Assembly (NCBI GenBank): GCA_965652295.1
Contig: CBFGTS010000010.1
Location: forward strand, 120,544-184,543
DNA from: an uncultured Haloferula sp.
Lineage (GTDB): Bacteria > Verrucomicrobiota > Verrucomicrobiia > Verrucomicrobiales > Akkermansiaceae
DNA length: 64,000 nucleotides
Reading direction: 5' to 3'
Notes under the pieces: model-generated
Database searches by the model: none
What the model saw: the letters and a program-made list of their open reading frames with translations, nothing else
Told to the model about the DNA's origin: nothing
Translations under genes and position numbers: made by a program
Part shown: positions 13,087-23,043 of the stretch, one piece after another
Position numbering within the stretch: the first letter of the stretch is position 1
Layout of the letters: each line of letters begins with the position of its first letter

Positions 13087-14214
13087 CTATTCGCGCCACT
13101 CCCCGCGCTGTTCGCGTTCCAGCTCGATACGGTCGTTGAGGTTGCGGGCCTTGACCCGGTGGTTTCTTTTCGCCCGGCGCTCGGTGGTCATCTGGCGCTT
13201 CTTCGCCCGGTGGCGGAGTTTTTCGATCTCCTCATCGAGGCGCAGGAAACTCTCAAGCCGCGGCGGTTCGAGCTTGCCCGATTCGACCGCTTCGCGGATC
13301 GCGCAGCCCTTGTCGGTGCCATGTTTGCAGTCGCTGAACTTGCACTCGGCCACGAGTGCTTCGACGTCGGCGAAGCTGTCGCGGAGCGTCTGCTCATCGG
13401 TCCACATCTGGATTTCCCGCATCCCGGGGTTGTCGATCAGCAGGCCGCCGTCATCGAGCGGCACCAATTCCCGCGAGACGGTGGTGTGGCGACCCTTGCC
13501 GGTGACTTCGTTGACTTCGCCCGTCCACTGCCATTCTTCGCCGAGGAGCTGGTTGACCAGCGTGGATTTTCCGACGCCGGACGATCCCACGATGCATAGC
13601 GTCACACCCGGCTGCAGGTGGCGCTTGAGGATTTCCAAACCCTGACCGCGCAGCGCGCTGGTGATGTGGATTTCCGCCTCCGGCGAAAGAGCCTGCAGCT
13701 CCTGTGCGGCGGCCTTGCAGACTTCGGGAGGAAAGGCATCGGACTTGTTGATGAGGACCAGCGGCTTGGCCCCGCTGCGGCCGATCAGCGCGAAGTAGCG
13801 CTCCATCCGCCGCGGGTTGTGATCGGGGCCGGGATCGGTGACCACGCAGACGATGTCGACGTTCGCACCGATGACCTGCTCCTCGCTGCTCTTGCCGGGG
13901 ACCTTGCGGGAAAAGCAGGACCGGCGGGTGAGGCGCGCCCGGATCACGTGGTCCTCGTTTTCGCCGCCGAGTTCCAGCGCAACCCAATCGCCCACCGCCG
14001 GGAGTTCGGCGTCGTTCGCGGCGTCGTGCCAGACCTTGCCGGAGAGGACGACGTCGAGGTCCACCAGATCGCCTTCGTCATCGATGATGAAAGCGCCGTA
14101 GTTGATCGGCGTTTCGCGGTTCAATCGCGCGGGCACCCAGCCGCGCTGCGCGAGCGGTGTGAATTCGCGTTCGAGGTCATCGGACCAGCCGAGGTCGGTG
14201 AGAAGCATGTGCAC
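13087..14214 (-). CDS. rsgA: Ribosome small subunit-dependent GTPase A
   Basis: PAVGDWV, NKSD, GSSGVGKSTLVN, GRHTT, DNPGMRE, Zn site CKFSDCKHGTDKGC. Confidence 0.96.
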   Translation of the reverse strand: MHMLLTDLGWSDDLEREFTPLAQRGWVPARLNRETPINYGAFIIDDEGDLVDLDVVLSGKVWHDAANDAELPAVGDWVALELGGENEDHVIRARLTRRSCFSRKVPGKSSEEQVIGANVDIVCVVTDPGPDHNPRRMERYFALIGRSGAKPLVLINKSDAFPPEVCKAAAQELQALSPEAEIHITSALRGQGLEILKRHLQPGVTLCIVGSSGVGKSTLVNQLLGEEWQWTGEVNEVTGKGRHTTVSRELVPLDDGGLLIDNPGMREIQMWTDEQTLRDSFADVEALVAECKFSDCKHGTDKGCAIREAVESGKLEPPRLESFLRLDEEIEKLRHRAKKRQMTTERRAKRNHRVKARNLNDRIELEREQRGEWRE

Positions 14215-14337
14215 GAAGCATCGGGCAAGGAGCGGCGCACGTCCACAGGGAACGCGGGTGATCCATGGGTGGCTGCCGGAAGGATTTCGGACACTTTCTC
14301 CTTGCTGGAGTGCAGCCGGTCCCGGGACGTTCCGGAG

Positions 14338-15006
14338 GTGAATTGTTCGAAATGTGGCGGGCGATTGGAGGGAAGCATGACCGTCTGCCAGTTCTGTGGC
14401 ACGCGGCAGGAGATCGACCTGCGTCAGGTGAATTTCCGGGATCTGGGAAACGAGGCTTCCTTGCCCTGCCCGGAGTGCCAGTCGGATCTGGACGTGATCG
14501 AATTCGAGATGGAGCCTCCCATCCGGATCGAGCGTTGCGGATCATGCCGCGGGTTGTTCTTCAATCCGGGCGAGCTGGAGACGCTGCTGGAGGCGACCAC
14601 CAGCTCGGTGGTTTGGCTGGATCGCCAGCAATGGGCGTCGATCTCAGAGCAGTTTGAGTTCGATGGTGAGGTCATCTATCGCAAGTGCCCGTTCTGCCGT
14701 GAAATGATGAGCCGGAAGAATTTCGCGGGACGGAGCGGAGTGATTCTCGATCGATGTCCGGCGCACGGAATATGGCTTGGAGCCGGTGAGTTTCGGAGGC
14801 TGACGGAGTGGTGGCGGGCGGGAGGCAAGCACGTGCATCAGAATCATGAGCAGGAAAGGGCACAACGTGTGAAGTCCTCCCATTTCCGTCGCCGTCGGCA
14901 CCGGCCGTCCCCTGGGGCACCGGATCCACCGGAAGATGAATATCTCTCGGGTGGCGAGGCAGTCGTAGAGGTCTTGAAGGATCTCTTGAGGGCGTTCGTG
15001 AAATGA
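14338..15006 (+). CDS. Multi-zinc-ribbon (zf-TFIIB-like) protein
   Basis: GTG 14338 starts MNCSKCGG. Cys pairs CSKC/CQFC, CPEC/CGSC+GLFFNPGEL, CPFC/CPAH+GIWLGAGE. Confidence 0.8.
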   Translation: MNCSKCGGRLEGSMTVCQFCGTRQEIDLRQVNFRDLGNEASLPCPECQSDLDVIEFEMEPPIRIERCGSCRGLFFNPGELETLLEATTSSVVWLDRQQWASISEQFEFDGEVIYRKCPFCREMMSRKNFAGRSGVILDRCPAHGIWLGAGEFRRLTEWWRAGGKHVHQNHEQERAQRVKSSHFRRRRHRPSPGAPDPPEDEYLSGGEAVVEVLKDLLRAFVK

Positions 15007-15019
15007 TCGAGGACGTCTC

Positions 15020-16549
15020 CTAAGCCAGCAAATCGCGGATGACGCGGGCGGGTTGGGTGCCGGTGAGCTTTTGATCGAGGCCTTGGAACTTGAAGGTCAG
15101 CCGCTCGTGATCCACGCCGAGGAGGTGAAGGATGGTCGCGTTGAGATCCCGGATGTGCATCGGGTCCTTCACGATGTTGTAGGAAAAATCATCGGTCTCA
15201 CCGTACACCATGCCCGGCTTCACGCCGCCGCCGGCCATCCACATGGAAAAGCATCGCGGATGGTGGTCGCGACCGTAATCCTTCTCAGTCAGTCCGCCTT
15301 GGGAGTAAACCGTGCGGCCGAACTCGCCTCCCCAGACGACCAGCGTGTCGTCGAGCAGGCCCCGTTGTTTCAAATCGGAAATGAGCGCCGCGGTGGGCTG
15401 GTCGATGTCCTCGCAGAGGATGGGCATGCGCTCGGGCAGGTTCGCGTGGGTGTCCCAGCCGCGGTGGAAAATCTGGGTGAACCGCACGCCGCGCTCGGCC
15501 ATCCTGCGGGCCATGAGGCAGTTGTAGGCATAGGTTCCGGGCTCCTTGGCTTTCGGTCCGTACATTTGCCACACGGATTCGGGCTCGCCGGAGAGATCGG
15601 TCAGCTCCGGCACCGAGGCCTGCATCCGGAAGGCCATTTCATACTGGGCGATGCGGGCATTCGTCTCGGGATCGCCGATGCGCTCGTGGAGCTGGCGGTT
15701 CATCTCGTTGACGCCATCGATCATCTGGCGGCGGAGTTCGCGGGATATGCCATCGGGGTTGGAGAGATGAATCACCGGATCGCCGCCGGAGCGCAGGGCC
15801 ACGCCGGCGTGATCGGGTGAGAGGAAACCTGCCGACCAAAGGCGTGACGACAGGGCCTGGATGTTCTGGTTGACCGGCAGCTTCGAGGTGAGCACGATGA
15901 AAGTCGGCAGGTCTTCGTTGAGCGATCCGAGACCGTAGGAAATCCACGAGCCGATCGAGGGTTTGCCGCCGATCATGTTGCCGGTGTTGGCGAGCAGGAT
16001 GGCGGGCTCGTGGTTGATCGCATCGGTGTGGAGCGAGCGGATCACGGCGAACTCGTCCGCCACCTTGGCGGTGTGCGGCAGCAGGTCGCTGACCCAATGG
16101 CCTGCGTGACCGTATTGCTGGAACTTGAAGAGTGAGGGGGCGACGGGAAAGCGGGTCTGGGAGGCGGTCATGCCGGTCAGGAGCTGACCGCCGCGGATCG
16201 ACTCGGGCAGATCCTGATTGAAGCGCTCCGCCAGCCCCGGCTTGTAGTCCCAGGTCTCGAGTTGGGAGGGAGCGCCGGCCATGTAGAGGTAGATGGCACG
16301 CTTCGCCCGGGGCGCGAAGTGGGGCGCCAGCGGTGTGTCGGCAGCGAGGGCGTGACCCATCAGGCCCGCCCGCCCTGCCAAGGCGGAGAGTCCGGCCCAG
16401 GCCATGGATTTCCCGGCGCGACTGAGAAACTGACGGCGGGTGGCAAGGCGGAGCCACTCGTGTTTGAGGGAGTCCGGCACGGGAAGGTCCAGCATCGAGG
16501 CTCCTTCGCCACCATGATCGGAACAGAGATGGGCATCGTGGGCGGACAT
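15020..16549 (-). CDS. DUF1501 family protein (sulfatase-like, Tat signal)
   Basis: TRRQFL Tat-like motif, [40 protein letters not shown]. Confidence 0.9.
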   Translation of the reverse strand: MSAHDAHLCSDHGGEGASMLDLPVPDSLKHEWLRLATRRQFLSRAGKSMAWAGLSALAGRAGLMGHALAADTPLAPHFAPRAKRAIYLYMAGAPSQLETWDYKPGLAERFNQDLPESIRGGQLLTGMTASQTRFPVAPSLFKFQQYGHAGHWVSDLLPHTAKVADEFAVIRSLHTDAINHEPAILLANTGNMIGGKPSIGSWISYGLGSLNEDLPTFIVLTSKLPVNQNIQALSSRLWSAGFLSPDHAGVALRSGGDPVIHLSNPDGISRELRRQMIDGVNEMNRQLHERIGDPETNARIAQYEMAFRMQASVPELTDLSGEPESVWQMYGPKAKEPGTYAYNCLMARRMAERGVRFTQIFHRGWDTHANLPERMPILCEDIDQPTAALISDLKQRGLLDDTLVVWGGEFGRTVYSQGGLTEKDYGRDHHPRCFSMWMAGGGVKPGMVYGETDDFSYNIVKDPMHIRDLNATILHLLGVDHERLTFKFQGLDQKLTGTQPARVIRDLLA

Positions 16550-16555
16550 GAACAA

Positions 16556-19500
16556 CTACTTGGTGAGGGTTTCGTCGAGGTTGAGGAACTGATTCGCCAC
16601 CAGCGTCCACGTTGCGATTTCGATGGGATCGAGCGACTCGTCCCGCGCGGCTTCACCGGTCTTCAGCAAGGCCTCGGCATCCGCGGCGCGGTGCTGGAAA
16701 TGCCGGGTGAAGGCGTCGAGGCTTTTCCTCAGGACGGTTGCTTCGCTTTTCCGCAGGGGACGGGAGAGCAGGGTGCGGGCGAGGAAATCGAGGCGCTCGG
16801 AGGGCGAGCCGTGATGATGGAGGGTGCGTTCGGCCAGCTTCCGTGCGGCTTCGACAAACTGCGGATCGTTCAGGGTGACGAGAGCCTGCAGCGGGGTGTT
16901 GGTGCGGGCGCGCCGGGTGCAGATGACTTCCCGCGCCGGAGCGTCGAACGTTTCGAGCGAGGGCGGTGGGGCGAAGCGTTTCCAGAAGGTGTAGAGCGAG
17001 CGGCGGTAGAGGGCATCGCCGTGGTCCTGCTTGTAGTGAAGCGTGTCGGATTCCGGCATCGAGACCGCTTCCCAGATGCCGGGGGGTTGATAGGGCTTCA
17101 CCGAGGGGCCTCCGGTTTTTTCCACAAGCAAACCGGATGCCTGCAAGGCCGTGTCCCGCAGCATCTCGGCATCCATGCGAAAGCGCGGACCGCGCGAAAG
17201 CAGACGGTTGTCAGGGTCGGTTTCCAGCTTTTCAGGGGCGATGCGATGGCTCTGGCGATAGGTGGCGGAGGTGAGGAGCAGGCGGTAGATGTGGCGGATG
17301 TCCCAGCCGGATTCGCGGAACTCCACCGCCAGCCAGTCGAGCAGCTCGGGATGGGTGGGGCGCGCGCCCATGATGCCGAAGTCGTCCGGTGTATCGATCA
17401 GGCCCGTTCCGAAAACCTCCTGCCACACGCGATTGACCGTCACGCGGGCGAAGAGCGGATGCTCCGGCGTCAGCAGCCAATCGGCCAGATCGAGACGGGT
17501 CGCTCGGGCGGGTGAGGAAAGCGGCGGCAGAAAGTCGGGCGTGGCGGCCACCACCAGCTCCTTGCGCGCGGAGTAGACCCCGCGGTCGAGCACCCAGGCG
17601 TAGGCGGGACCGCTACGCTCCCTGGCGATCAGGGTGGCGTTGCCGTCTTTCCCGAGCTCCGCCATTTCCGCCTCCGCGGCGGCGATTTCCTCACGAAGCC
17701 GCCGGGCTTCGTCGTCCTGCGATCCGAGGAAATACCGGGTGATGCCGAGAAACCGCTCGCCGGGCGACCAGGTGGCCGGATCGGGTGAGGCTTCGACCAG
17801 GCGGGCGGCGGGGTCCTCCTCCGGGAGGCGCGCGATTTCCTGTTCGGTCAAGGCACGGTGGTAGAGCCGCAGGTCCTGGAAGCTGGTCTCGCGCAGAAAA
17901 TCCGTTTCGTGCCGCCGTCCCAGTTCGAGCGGGAAGTCCGCCCGCATGCTGTCGCCCGGCTTCAGGCTGTCGTGGAGCACGGTCAACGGAGCCGGCAGGC
18001 CGTTGAGGAAAATCCTGGCCCCGGCGGCGCTACGGCTTCCATCGTAGCTGACGGCGATGTGAACCCATTCCCCGCGCGGCAGCCCCGGGGTCTCGACGTG
18101 GATCGCGCTGTCCGGCCAGCTCGAAATGAGCTGGAATTCAAGTTTGTCGCCGTTGATGTGGATATCCCAGCCCCGGTAGTGGTCGTCCGATTCTCCGCCC
18201 ATCCTGGCGACCAGGGCACCGTTGCCGGTGCTGGTGTTCGCGGGCTTCAGCCGCAAGCGGGCCCAAGTGGCGAAGGTGAAGGCGTCGTCGATTTCGAAGT
18301 CCCCTTGATCCGGCATGGCAATTCGGGTGGCGATATCCATCCGCATCGAGGGCCAGAACCAGAGGTCCTCACCCCAGACCAGGGGATTGGTGACCGCCTC
18401 ATAGGATGCGCTGACGGCTCCGGGGGCGGAATTCTTGACCTGATCCCCAGCGGCCTCGTTGAAACGGAGGTGCAGGGCCAGGGCTTCGGTGGAAACCGGT
18501 TCGGGTTGGTTGCCTGCGGCGATCCACCGCGCCATGCGGTCCGAGGCGGAAATACGGAGGGTCTCGTACTTCGCCATCGCCTCGGATCTCCGTTTCACCG
18601 CCTCGTCGAAACCACCGCGGTGATCTTCGTCCGGCAGCCGCAGGACGGGCGCGGGCGTGGCGATGTTCTCGTCCCACGGTCGCTCGGCGGTGTTGGAGAA
18701 AAACGCGCTGAGGGCGTAGAAGTCCCGCTGAAGGGTGGGATCGAACTTGTGATCGTGGCAGGCGGCGCAACCGATCGTGAGCCCGAGGAAGGTGCCGCCG
18801 AAGGCTTCGGTGCGGTCGCGGCTGTTGTTGATGTGGACCTCCTCGGGAATCGTGCCGCCTTCGTTGGTCGAGACGTTGCAGCGCAAGTAGCCGGTCGCGA
18901 TCAGGCTGTCGGTCGTGGCATCCGGAAGGAGGTCGCCAGCCAGCTGCTCGCGGACGAAGCGGTCGAAGGGCTTGTTTTCCTGAAACGACCGAATGACATA
19001 GTCGCGATACGGCCAGATGGCGCGGTAGTTGTCGAAATGCAGACCGTGGGTGTCGGCATAGCGGACGTAGTCAAGCCAGTATCGAGTACGATGTTCGGCG
19101 TAGGCCGGAGTATCGAAAAGCCGGTCGAGATGCGCGGCATAGACCTCGGGTGTGGGATCCGTGACAAATGCTTCGACTTCGGCGGGATCGGGCAGGAGAC
19201 CGGTCAAATCAAGCGTGGCCCGCCGGATGAGATTCCTCGGATCCTCAGGCGGTTCGGGTTGGAGCCCGGCGGCGGCCAGCTTACGGAGCACGAAGGCATC
19301 GATCGGATTTGCTGACCCATGCGGGTGGGGAATTTCCGGAACCGGTGGACGTGCCGGAGGCTCGAATGCCCAGTGCTTCTCGAACACGGCACCCTCGGCC
19401 ACCCAACGTTCGAGCAGGTGGATTTGTTCCGGCGAAAGCGTTTTGTGCGACTCTGGAGGCGGCATGATGAAGGAGCGCCGCTTGGACCGGATGCGCTTGA

Positions 19501-19759
19501 GAAGTTCCGAAGCTTCGGGATCACCGGGCACGATCACGGGCTTTCCATTTTCTCGGATCGCGAGGGCTTCGTCAGGCAGATCGAGCCGCAACGGCTCTTC
19601 GTACGGCTCGCGGGTGCCTTCATCCGGACCGTGACAATGGTAGCAGTATTCCGAGAGGATCGGCTGGATGTCGGCATTGAACGACACCGGAGATTGACCC
19701 CCAGCGATCGCCACGAGGCCGATCAAGCCGACGGTCGGGAAATGCCACATGCACCGCAT
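16556..19759 (-). CDS. Planctomycete cytochrome c + DUF1549/DUF1553 (PSD1) protein with LamG-like insert
   Basis: CYHCHGPD and CAACHDHKFDP heme motifs, HWAF, WLDYVRYAD, PTHPELLDWLA, NTPLQAL. Start estimated at MRCMWHF. Confidence 0.9.
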   Translation of the reverse strand: MRCMWHFPTVGLIGLVAIAGGQSPVSFNADIQPILSEYCYHCHGPDEGTREPYEEPLRLDLPDEALAIRENGKPVIVPGDPEASELLKRIRSKRRSFIMPPPESHKTLSPEQIHLLERWVAEGAVFEKHWAFEPPARPPVPEIPHPHGSANPIDAFVLRKLAAAGLQPEPPEDPRNLIRRATLDLTGLLPDPAEVEAFVTDPTPEVYAAHLDRLFDTPAYAEHRTRYWLDYVRYADTHGLHFDNYRAIWPYRDYVIRSFQENKPFDRFVREQLAGDLLPDATTDSLIATGYLRCNVSTNEGGTIPEEVHINNSRDRTEAFGGTFLGLTIGCAACHDHKFDPTLQRDFYALSAFFSNTAERPWDENIATPAPVLRLPDEDHRGGFDEAVKRRSEAMAKYETLRISASDRMARWIAAGNQPEPVSTEALALHLRFNEAAGDQVKNSAPGAVSASYEAVTNPLVWGEDLWFWPSMRMDIATRIAMPDQGDFEIDDAFTFATWARLRLKPANTSTGNGALVARMGGESDDHYRGWDIHINGDKLEFQLISSWPDSAIHVETPGLPRGEWVHIAVSYDGSRSAAGARIFLNGLPAPLTVLHDSLKPGDSMRADFPLELGRRHETDFLRETSFQDLRLYHRALTEQEIARLPEEDPAARLVEASPDPATWSPGERFLGITRYFLGSQDDEARRLREEIAAAEAEMAELGKDGNATLIARERSGPAYAWVLDRGVYSARKELVVAATPDFLPPLSSPARATRLDLADWLLTPEHPLFARVTVNRVWQEVFGTGLIDTPDDFGIMGARPTHPELLDWLAVEFRESGWDIRHIYRLLLTSATYRQSHRIAPEKLETDPDNRLLSRGPRFRMDAEMLRDTALQASGLLVEKTGGPSVKPYQPPGIWEAVSMPESDTLHYKQDHGDALYRRSLYTFWKRFAPPPSLETFDAPAREVICTRRARTNTPLQALVTLNDPQFVEAARKLAERTLHHHGSPSERLDFLARTLLSRPLRKSEATVLRKSLDAFTRHFQHRAADAEALLKTGEAARDESLDPIEIATWTLVANQFLNLDETLTK

Positions 19760-19818
19760 ATGGCAAAAGAACGCAGGTGCCCGCGGCGGTGTTTCAGGAG
19801 ATTGCCCGCATGTCGGTG

Positions 19819-20730
19819 TCAAGGCGGGCCGAAACGCACGTGAGCCCAGACAGGATAGTGATCCGAGGGCTGCTGCTCGCGCTCGTCCGCACGGAGGATG
19901 CCGGCATCGAGAAACTCGGCGCCTTTTGAGACGAGGATGTGGTCGACCTTCGCCCAACCATCGCGGCGGGCACTCCAGAAATGGAGGGTGCGGCGGTCCC
20001 GCACCTGCGGATGAAGCACGGTGTAGGGATCGGTGAGGGCGTTTTTCCACGGCGATTCGCCGCGGCCGGCGAGGTAGTCGACGGCGGGGTTGCCCTCGGT
20101 GGCGTTCATGTCGCCGAGGAGAACGACTTTCTCGCCGGGTCGCACGAGGGCATCGATCCGCTCGGCGATGAGTTGCGAGGCGCGGACGCGCGAGGGTTGG
20201 TCGCGATGATCCCAGTGGGTGTTGACGACCAACACGTCGCGTCCGGTGCCACGGTCGGTGAGATGGATCCACGTGGCGATGCGGGTGATGCTGTTTCCCC
20301 AGGTTTTCGATCCGGGCTGCTCGGGAAAATCGGACAGCCAGAAGGTGCCGCGATCGCCGGGTTCGAAGCGCTCGTGCTGCCAGAAGATCGCGGCATACTC
20401 GCCGCTGCGCGCGCCGTCCTCGCGGCCGATGCCGTGGAAATCGTAATCCGGCAGCGAGGCCCGGAGGTCGGCGGCCTGGAGGTGCATGGCCTCCTGCACG
20501 CCGAGGATGTCGGGATGCAGCGTGCGGATGGCGGAAACGACGCGATCGATCCGCTCCGGCCAGGCCCGCCAGCCGGGATCGTCGCCCACTTCGCGGCGGA
20601 TGTTGAAGCTGGCGAGCCGCAGGTCGAGCACGCCGTCCTCGCGGACGACGACCGCGCGTGGGGGCTCGGATTTTTCACAGGAAACTCCGGCCACGGCGGC
20701 GAAGAGAAGGATCGCGGCGGCGCGGCTCAT
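19819..20730 (-). CDS. Endonuclease/exonuclease/phosphatase family protein (possible lipoprotein)
   Basis: SFNIR, DILGVQE, NTHWDH, LGDMN, VDHIL, SDHYPV. Lipobox-like AGVSC. Confidence 0.9.
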   Translation of the reverse strand: MSRAAAILLFAAVAGVSCEKSEPPRAVVVREDGVLDLRLASFNIRREVGDDPGWRAWPERIDRVVSAIRTLHPDILGVQEAMHLQAADLRASLPDYDFHGIGREDGARSGEYAAIFWQHERFEPGDRGTFWLSDFPEQPGSKTWGNSITRIATWIHLTDRGTGRDVLVVNTHWDHRDQPSRVRASQLIAERIDALVRPGEKVVLLGDMNATEGNPAVDYLAGRGESPWKNALTDPYTVLHPQVRDRRTLHFWSARRDGWAKVDHILVSKGAEFLDAGILRADEREQQPSDHYPVWAHVRFGPP

Positions 20731-21791
20731 TCGGCGGGGATCATGTCGTAGTAAACATGAATGGCGATCCGCTCGGTCCTCCGAAGGGCCTCGCGCAGGG
20801 CGCGGACACGCTCGGCGCGCTTGGCGGAGGTGAGCGCGGCGACGACTTCCTCCCGTGCGTCTTCGAATTCGCGGAGGGTTTCGGGCCGCTTTTCCAGGAC
20901 CTCGATGAAATGCCAGCCGAGCCGGGTGCGGACAATTTCGGGCTTGCCGGGCGACATGCGGAAGACGGGCGCGGCGAAATCCTCGGGCAAGCGCTCGCGC
21001 GTGACCCAGCCGAGGTCGCCACCCTTCGGCTTGCTGCGGGGATCATCGCTGATCTCCCCAGCGACATCTTCGAAGGCTTTTGCGCCGGAGCGAATTTCGG
21101 CCACGACGGCATCGAGTCGTGCCTTCACCGCCTGGGGATCGACGCCGAGGGTGGCGAGGAAGATGTGACGGACGTGGAGCCGCTCGGGGACGGCGAGTTT
21201 GGCGCGGTTCATCTCGAACCACTCGCGCGCTTCCCCCTCGGTGACCTCGATCTCCCCGCCCAGGCGCGACTCGATGTATTTCACCTGTTGAAGACGCGCG
21301 CCGAGGCGCAAACGGAGTTCCTTTTCGCTGTCGATGCCTTCGGCGGCGAGTTCGGTCTGCATTTCCTCGCGGGTGGAAAACCGGGCGGCAAGGCGGCGGA
21401 TGGCGTCGTCGATTTCGGCCTCGCTGACCGGTAGCTCCTCCATGTTCGCCTGGACCTTGGTGCGGAGGATTTCGTGGTCGACGAGATCATTCAGCGCCCC
21501 GAGCCGGGCTTCGCGGCGCTGCTCCGGAGTCAGGGTGGCGGCGGATCGACCTTCGAGCCAGAGCCGTTCGAGCATCGCCCGCTCGACCTGTGAGCGGTAG
21601 ATCGGCTTGCCGAAAACGCGGGCGACGACGCCCTGCTGTTTGGCGAGTTCGATCGACTCCGCACTGCCGGGCTGGGCGCGGCGGATGCGCTCGCTGAGCG
21701 GGCCGTGGAACCAGAACAGGTCCGCTGCGAGGTAGAGCAGGACCGCGGAATAGGCGAAGACCCGGACGGTGAATTTCGGAGAGGGACGCAT
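20727..21791 (-). CDS. PpiC/parvulin-type peptidyl-prolyl isomerase (SurA/PrsA-like)
   Basis: N-terminal TM segment, helical chaperone region, VRHIF, SDDPRSKPKGGDLGW, TRLGWHFIEV. Confidence 0.9.
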   Translation of the reverse strand: MRPSPKFTVRVFAYSAVLLYLAADLFWFHGPLSERIRRAQPGSAESIELAKQQGVVARVFGKPIYRSQVERAMLERLWLEGRSAATLTPEQRREARLGALNDLVDHEILRTKVQANMEELPVSEAEIDDAIRRLAARFSTREEMQTELAAEGIDSEKELRLRLGARLQQVKYIESRLGGEIEVTEGEAREWFEMNRAKLAVPERLHVRHIFLATLGVDPQAVKARLDAVVAEIRSGAKAFEDVAGEISDDPRSKPKGGDLGWVTRERLPEDFAAPVFRMSPGKPEIVRTRLGWHFIEVLEKRPETLREFEDAREEVVAALTSAKRAERVRALREALRRTERIAIHVYYDMIPAE

Positions 21792-21795
21792 GGCG

Positions 21796-22959
21796 TCAGC
21801 GGATTTCCACCGAAGCCCCCGGGCGGACGAAATCGGTCATGGCCACGGCGTCCCAGTTGGCGAGGCGGATGCAGCCGGCGGAACGGCTGCGGCCGATGGT
21901 CTCCGGATCAGAGGTGCCGTGCATGCCGATGCCGGGGACGCTGAGACCCATCCACACGACGCCGACGGGGCAATTCGGGCCGCCGGGGATGTTGAGGGCG
22001 TTGTTGCTGCGGCCCTTGCCATCGAGCAACGACTGGTCGTAACGCCACACCGGAAGCTGCACGGCGTTCTTCATCTCCCATTTGCCGTATTTGATGAACC
22101 GTTCCTGACCGGGCGTGATGGGAAACGCGGCGATGAGGGCGCGGTTCGGCTTGGTCTTGATGGTGCCATCCGGGTTTTCCTCGACGACCAACGCGGTGGG
22201 CTCCGACTCATAGACGCGGGCCTGGTTGACTTTGGTGTCCACCACCACGTGGCGTTGGGCGAGGAGTTCCTCGGTTTCATAGCGACCGCCGTTCAGATTC
22301 TCGATGAGGAAGGCGGTGACGTTCGGAACGATGAGCGACTTCCCCGGAGCAAGACCCCAGACGGTTTTGCCGGAGTTCAGTTCAACGAGAAACTCGACGT
22401 CGGTGTGGTAGCGTTCCGACATGAATTCGCCGTAACTGCGGTAGCTCATGCGCTTGAGCTTCGACTGCTCCACGCGGCTGGTGGGCAGGTCGGGGTTGAC
22501 CCATTTGGTGGCGACGGAGGGGACGGTGGCGACGGCAAAGGGATGAGTCACCGACCTCCGGGCGGCGGCCATGACGGCGGTGAGGTCGTTCATCGGGTGG
22601 CCGTTGGCCTCGTTCCAGGCGTTGACGGCGAGGATGGTGAAGCGGCCGGGTTTGCCATCGATGACGCCGGGGCCGAAGCGGGCCTCATCGAGGAAAATCT
22701 GGAGGCGCACGGCGTCCTCGCCGGTCGGCAGGTCGGTGATGTCCCGGGGGGTATCGGAGTGCGGGCTGCGCTTCAGCTCCGGCAGTTCGACCTCGCCGGC
22801 TGGGAGGGGTTCCGCCTCGGGCGCGGGTGGCGCGGGCTCGATCACGGCTCCGAGATCGGGCGTGATTTCCGAGGGATCAACCGGCAGGGCCTTGGGCACT
22901 TCCTGGGCGGAAAGAAGGAGCGGGAAAAGGGATGCGATGGCGGGGCCGAGACGGATCAT
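21796..22959 (-). CDS. L,D-transpeptidase (YkuD family)
   Basis: LQIFLD...FGPGVIDG, GPNCPVGVVWMGL, GMHGT...IGRSRSAGCIRL. Signal peptide from ATG 22959. Confidence 0.9.
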   Translation of the reverse strand: MIRLGPAIASLFPLLLSAQEVPKALPVDPSEITPDLGAVIEPAPPAPEAEPLPAGEVELPELKRSPHSDTPRDITDLPTGEDAVRLQIFLDEARFGPGVIDGKPGRFTILAVNAWNEANGHPMNDLTAVMAAARRSVTHPFAVATVPSVATKWVNPDLPTSRVEQSKLKRMSYRSYGEFMSERYHTDVEFLVELNSGKTVWGLAPGKSLIVPNVTAFLIENLNGGRYETEELLAQRHVVVDTKVNQARVYESEPTALVVEENPDGTIKTKPNRALIAAFPITPGQERFIKYGKWEMKNAVQLPVWRYDQSLLDGKGRSNNALNIPGGPNCPVGVVWMGLSVPGIGMHGTSDPETIGRSRSAGCIRLANWDAVAMTDFVRPGASVEIR

Positions 22960-23043
22960 AGAGGAACGGAATTTCCGGGAACGGCGGGAAGCTGACACGG
23001 AATCCGGAACCTGTCAGTCGGGAAAGCCGGATCCAGGTCCGCA

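Noticed and set aside
19760..20272. N-terminal extension of the 1238-aa ORF (likewise 24475..25566 and 25113..25517)
   Set aside because: Arg/Pro-rich sequence overlapping real neighbouring genes. Signal peptides or domain starts indicate downstream start codons.
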